Shown here: in pieces, positions 60,624 through 64,000 of the stretch
How the letters are laid out: the number at the start of each line of letters is the position of its first letter
Position numbering within the stretch: position 1 is the stretch's first letter
Source: Deinococcales bacterium
Lineage (GTDB): Bacteria; Deinococcota; Deinococci; Deinococcales; JAAFIG01
Length of the DNA stretch: 64,000 nucleotides
Reading direction: 5' to 3'
NCBI GenBank assembly: GCA_031414595.1
Contig: JANNVX010000001.1
Location: 9,132-73,131, forward strand
Made by a program: the position numbers and the translations under genes
The notes under the pieces: generated by a model
Databases searched by the model: none
Seen by the model: the letters and a program-made list of their open reading frames with translations, nothing else
Told to the model about the DNA's origin: nothing

Positions 60624-61235
60624 TCATCCTCTAAACCCGCCCTCGAGAAACCGCAAGCGATCAAACTCGGCTTTTAAGGTGTCCGAAGCGCGAATCCCAA
60701 CTCGAGCCATCAACGAATTCCCGGGGTAATAGGCAATTTCGGGGTCATCGGTTCTAAAGACTTCAAAACCAACACTTGAATACATGCGCTCGAGTAACTT
60801 ACGGTAGGCATGACTGGTTAAACCTGTGTTGTCCAAATCAAAATGCCATTGGTAAATCGTGGCAATCACAATTTTATCATGGTAACGCCCAGTAGCCACC
60901 CCAACCTCGAGCAGTGTTCGCGCTAAATGCCGTCCACGATGGGTTTTACTGGTTTCTACAGCCCCCAACTCGAGTAAGCCCGAGACTTTAGATTGTGACC
61001 AGCGTTCAATCTCGTCTGGCGGATGAAAAGTGGCATAACCAACGATTCGGTGCGCCATTTTTGCAATGCAAACACAACTGTTGTCAGAATTGGCAATGCT
61101 GACCAAGGCATTTTTCTGCTCTTCGGGTTGCCTAAAGACATCAAGGCTCGAGTCCATTTCAAGCCGTTCAATCAGATTCGGGTCGGCACATGGCAGCACT
61201 TCGATACTGCCATAAGGACTCGAGATTAAACGCAT
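60624..61235 (-). CDS. acuA: AcuA-like GNAT protein acetyltransferase
   Basis: VGYATFHPPDEIERW, ELGAVE, YQWHFDL, TDDPEI. Confidence 0.85.
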   Translation of the reverse strand: MRLISSPYGSIEVLPCADPNLIERLEMDSSLDVFRQPEEQKNALVSIANSDNSCVCIAKMAHRIVGYATFHPPDEIERWSQSKVSGLLELGAVETSKTHRGRHLARTLLEVGVATGRYHDKIVIATIYQWHFDLDNTGLTSHAYRKLLERMYSSVGFEVFRTDDPEIAYYPGNSLMARVGIRASDTLKAEFDRLRFLEGGFRG

Positions 61236-61486
61236 AGCGGTATTCTAACGTTTTGGTAAGTGTCTTGTGCATGACCAAAATTAGCTGTTCTAGCCTCAAA
61301 AAATTAAGTACCCACCAACTCGAGTCGCACTTCACGCCCAAGCCGTGCTTCAAGCGTAATCAGCATCTCGAGACTAAATTTTTCGTGCTTGCCACGCATC
61401 AAATCCGAAACCCGAGATTGAGCAATACCCAGTTCTGCCACTGCTTGGGCTTGACGCAACAACCCAGATGCGGCAAAATACCAAGT

Positions 61487-61714
61487 GGCGTTGAATCGCA
61501 GGAAGTACCACGGAGTTCAGTCCTTAGCGAGTTGCGGATGGTGAAAGCGCAACGATAAGAACCGTGCGAAAGGCAGCGAGGAGCTTGTAATGCAAAGTGT
61601 CTCGAGTACACAGACAGTGGTCTCGAGGAACTGGGGTGGAACCGCGCAGAGAGTGCTGATTTTCTTCAGCCTGCGTCCCCAGATGGCAAACCTAAAGCCG
61701 TCTGGCTTTCTTGT
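61487..61714 (+). ncRNA. T-box riboswitch, Gly (GGC) specifier
   Basis: AGCGA...GGTGAAA distal loop, GAAA-GGC-A specifier, T-box AACTGGGGTGGAACCGCG (61629-61646), terminator CCAGATGGC...GCCGTCTGG-CTTTCTT. Confidence 0.9.
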
Positions 61715-61732
61715 ATGCCAAAAGGAGGCTTC

Positions 61733-63328
61733 ATGCCCGCACAAACAATGGAAGAACTGGTCAGCTTGTGTAAACGCCGTGGCTTTATTTTCCCCGGCTC
61801 GGATATTTACGGTGGACTTCAAGGCACATACGATTTTGGTCCACTTGGTGTGGAACTGAAAAACAACCTCAAAGCCGCATGGTGGCGTTCGATGATTTAC
61901 GAACGCGATGATGTTGAAGGCTTAGACTCGAGCATCCTGACCCATAAATTGGTGCTGCGCCACTCGGGACACGAAGCCACGTTCTCCGACCCATTGGTGG
62001 ACAACCGTGAAAGTAAAAAACGTTACCGCTTAGATCATTTACTAAAAGAACAAGTGAATGTTATTCCTAACGGGATTTTGCTTCAAAATTATGCAGACAT
62101 AATCACTAAAGAGATTCAAGCAAAACTCGCAACACTACAAAATCCCACCCCCTTTGTTGGCGAGTCAGAGCTTGGACCAATCCAAGAAACTCTATTGCCG
62201 TGGTTACTCAAAAATCCAGAAAAAGCACAAGAGCTTCTTAATTTAGCCAAGATAATAGACCCTGAAAGTGGTAAACCTGGTGATTGGACTGCGCCCCGTG
62301 CTTTTAACATGATGTTCAAAACAACCGTAGGTCCTGTGGTAGACGAAGAAAATTATGCTTACTTACGCCCAGAAACTGCCCAAGGTATTTTTGTGAACTT
62401 CAAAAACGTAGTAGATAGCACCTCGAGAAAACTACCTTTTGGCATTGCCCAAATTGGCAAGTCATTTCGCAACGAAATTACGCCACGCAACTTTATTTTT
62501 CGGGTGCGCGAGTTTGAACAAATGGAACTCGAGTTCTTCTGCGTCCCCGGCACAGACGAAGCATGGCACGACCAGTGGCTCGAGGCTCGGATTGAATGGT
62601 GGCTGAGTGTCGGGCTTTCTCGAGACCGCATCCAGATTCTGGATGTCCCAAAAGAAGATTTATCGCATTACAGCAAACGCACCTACGACCTGATGTACCA
62701 ATACCCAAGCCTTGGCTTTGAAGAAATCGAGGGCATTGCCAACCGCACCGATTACGACCTAGGTTCGCACACCAAAAACCAAGAATCATTTGGGATACAA
62801 GCCAAAGTCGAACCGAACACCGACAGCACCGAAAAACTGAGTATTGCCCACCCAGAGACCCAAAAACCCTTGATTCCATTTGTGATTGAACCCTCTGCGG
62901 GTGTTGACCGTGGCGTGCTGGCAGTGCTGACCGAGGCGTACACCAAAGAAACCCTCGAGAATGGCGAAGAACGGATTGTGCTAAAACTCCGTCCGCACCT
63001 CGCGCCGATTAAAGTGGCGGTTATTCCGCTTGCCAAGAACCGTGAAGAAATTACTTCGGTGGCAAGGGGCTTAAAAAATAGATTGCAAAAGCTCGGGCTT
63101 GGGCGGGTGCTGTATGAAGACACAGGCAACATTGGCAAGGCGTACAGGCGGCACGACGAAGTTGGCACACCGTTTTGTATTACGGTGGACTTTGACACCA
63201 TTGGACAAGGCAAAGACGGCGACTCGAGCCTGATGGATACTGTGACCATCCGAGACCGCGACACGATGGCGCAACAACGACTGCATATGAATGACCTCGA
63301 GCAATTCTTGCGTGAGAAATTACGGTGA
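61733..63328 (+). CDS. glyS: Glycine-tRNA ligase, alpha2 type
   Basis: [51 protein letters not shown]. Confidence 0.96.
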   Translation: MPAQTMEELVSLCKRRGFIFPGSDIYGGLQGTYDFGPLGVELKNNLKAAWWRSMIYERDDVEGLDSSILTHKLVLRHSGHEATFSDPLVDNRESKKRYRLDHLLKEQVNVIPNGILLQNYADIITKEIQAKLATLQNPTPFVGESELGPIQETLLPWLLKNPEKAQELLNLAKIIDPESGKPGDWTAPRAFNMMFKTTVGPVVDEENYAYLRPETAQGIFVNFKNVVDSTSRKLPFGIAQIGKSFRNEITPRNFIFRVREFEQMELEFFCVPGTDEAWHDQWLEARIEWWLSVGLSRDRIQILDVPKEDLSHYSKRTYDLMYQYPSLGFEEIEGIANRTDYDLGSHTKNQESFGIQAKVEPNTDSTEKLSIAHPETQKPLIPFVIEPSAGVDRGVLAVLTEAYTKETLENGEERIVLKLRPHLAPIKVAVIPLAKNREEITSVARGLKNRLQKLGLGRVLYEDTGNIGKAYRRHDEVGTPFCITVDFDTIGQGKDGDSSLMDTVTIRDRDTMAQQRLHMNDLEQFLREKLR

Positions 63329-63335
63329 TACGATT

Positions 63336-63361
63336 TGAGTGGGTGAACTTTCACCCACTCA
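63336..63361. terminator. Hairpin after glyS
   Basis: TGAGTGGGTGAA-CT-TTCACCCACTCA. Confidence 0.6.
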
Positions 63362-63389
63362 TAAAAGAGTTTAGGTATTTAGGTGTTGT

Positions 63390-63887
63390 ATGAAGCCAAA
63401 AAAAGTTTCAATCTGGACAATTCTTGGTGGTTTTCTTCTCAAGCTAGGGCTTTTTGTGGGCGCAGTGTATTTTTTGATTGATGTATTCGACAGTTCAAAA
63501 AAACTTATTTTTGGTAAAATGTATCAGGGGCAAATACATAGCATTGCATGGACAAATCGTAACGCCGTAAAAGGATTCGGTAAAAGTCTACAATATGAAG
63601 TACGGTACTCTTGCCAAAAGCAACAAGCTAGTGGATTTATTGCAAAAAATTGCTACTTGATAACGAAAGATACACTTTTCGATTTGGGAAAAAAAGTTGG
63701 TGAGCAAATCACCGTTTTTCGGAACAATGAAAACTATGATGAAAAAGCCGTTATTTTCAACAATAATTTCACAGACTATTTGAATGTGTTTATCATTCCA
63801 ACATTTTTAGCAGCTTCATTTTTGCTTTTTGGTGTTTTTTTAAGACCAGAGGATTTGAATAATAGACGTTATCGGAAATTAGGATAA
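63390..63887 (+). CDS. Hypothetical two-TM protein (DUF3592-like layout), AT-rich
   Basis: TM-beta region-TM architecture. Confidence 0.55.
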   Translation: MKPKKVSIWTILGGFLLKLGLFVGAVYFLIDVFDSSKKLIFGKMYQGQIHSIAWTNRNAVKGFGKSLQYEVRYSCQKQQASGFIAKNCYLITKDTLFDLGKKVGEQITVFRNNENYDEKAVIFNNNFTDYLNVFIIPTFLAASFLLFGVFLRPEDLNNRRYRKLG

Positions 63888-64000
63888 ACTATTCGAGTGC
63901 TGCATTACGACAAACTCGTCAAGAATAAAACTCGCTTCTTAGCCCTGACTGGACTAACCAAAAAAGAATTCCAAGCCTTACTTCCATACTTTCAAGAAGC
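63863..64000 (+). mobile_element. Left end of IS5/ISL2-like element with transposase 5' end (GTG 63897)
   Basis: MLHYDKLVKNKTRFLALTGLTKKEFQALLPYFQE resembles the N-terminus of DDE_Tnp_4/HTH_Tnp_4 transposases; candidate terminus TAGACGTTATCGGAAA. Confidence 0.55.

Noticed and set aside
62752-63354. Long antisense ORFs (also 4288-4827, 14557-15000, 32241-32756, 36180-36683)
   Set aside because: Shadow frames of well-supported genes with no recognisable motifs.
1-64000. CTCGAG excess as cloning or XhoI-ligation artefact
   Set aside because: Sites lie in frame within intact, conserved genes with continuous homology on both sides.

Overview
This is a chromosomal window from a Deinococcota (Deinococcales-like) bacterium. 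The evidence is the Thermus/Deinococcus-type alpha2 glycyl-tRNA synthetase under a T-box, multiple DinB genes, a Uma2 nuclease, and many starts with a TANNNT box only 6-8 nt upstream (leaderless pattern). Most genes are housekeeping or metabolic: trpF, a Tat-exported alkaline phosphatase, a CCA/HD enzyme, etfAB, an opp-type ABC operon, secG with tRNA-Leu(CAA), pilD, ctpA, icd, tatD, murQ, pccB, acuAC and glyS. The most striking feature is extreme iteration of the palindrome CTCGAG, which is HIP1-like. I counted 21 sites by eye in the first 3 kb against fewer than 1 expected; it occurs in all three reading frames and in non-coding DNA, while GATC looks depleted. Accessory highlights: (1) a RIO-kinase-headed cluster of antibiotic-modifying-like enzymes preceded by two unannotated overlapping leader ORFs and interleaved with antisense genes; (2) a Dam-family methylase coupled to a single-domain MutH/Sau3AI-like protein with an apparent catalytic D-to-N change; (3) an AbiEi antitoxin whose toxin is reduced to a 10-codon stub; (4) a class 3 (Ala-start, W-C-T) LAGLIDADG intein in phoH; (5) a Septu/PtuAB-like ATPase-HNH pair; (6) several families of intergenic tandem and inverted repeats; (7) the left end of an IS at the window edge. 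All calls come from reading motifs; no database searches were run, and motif counts are manual.
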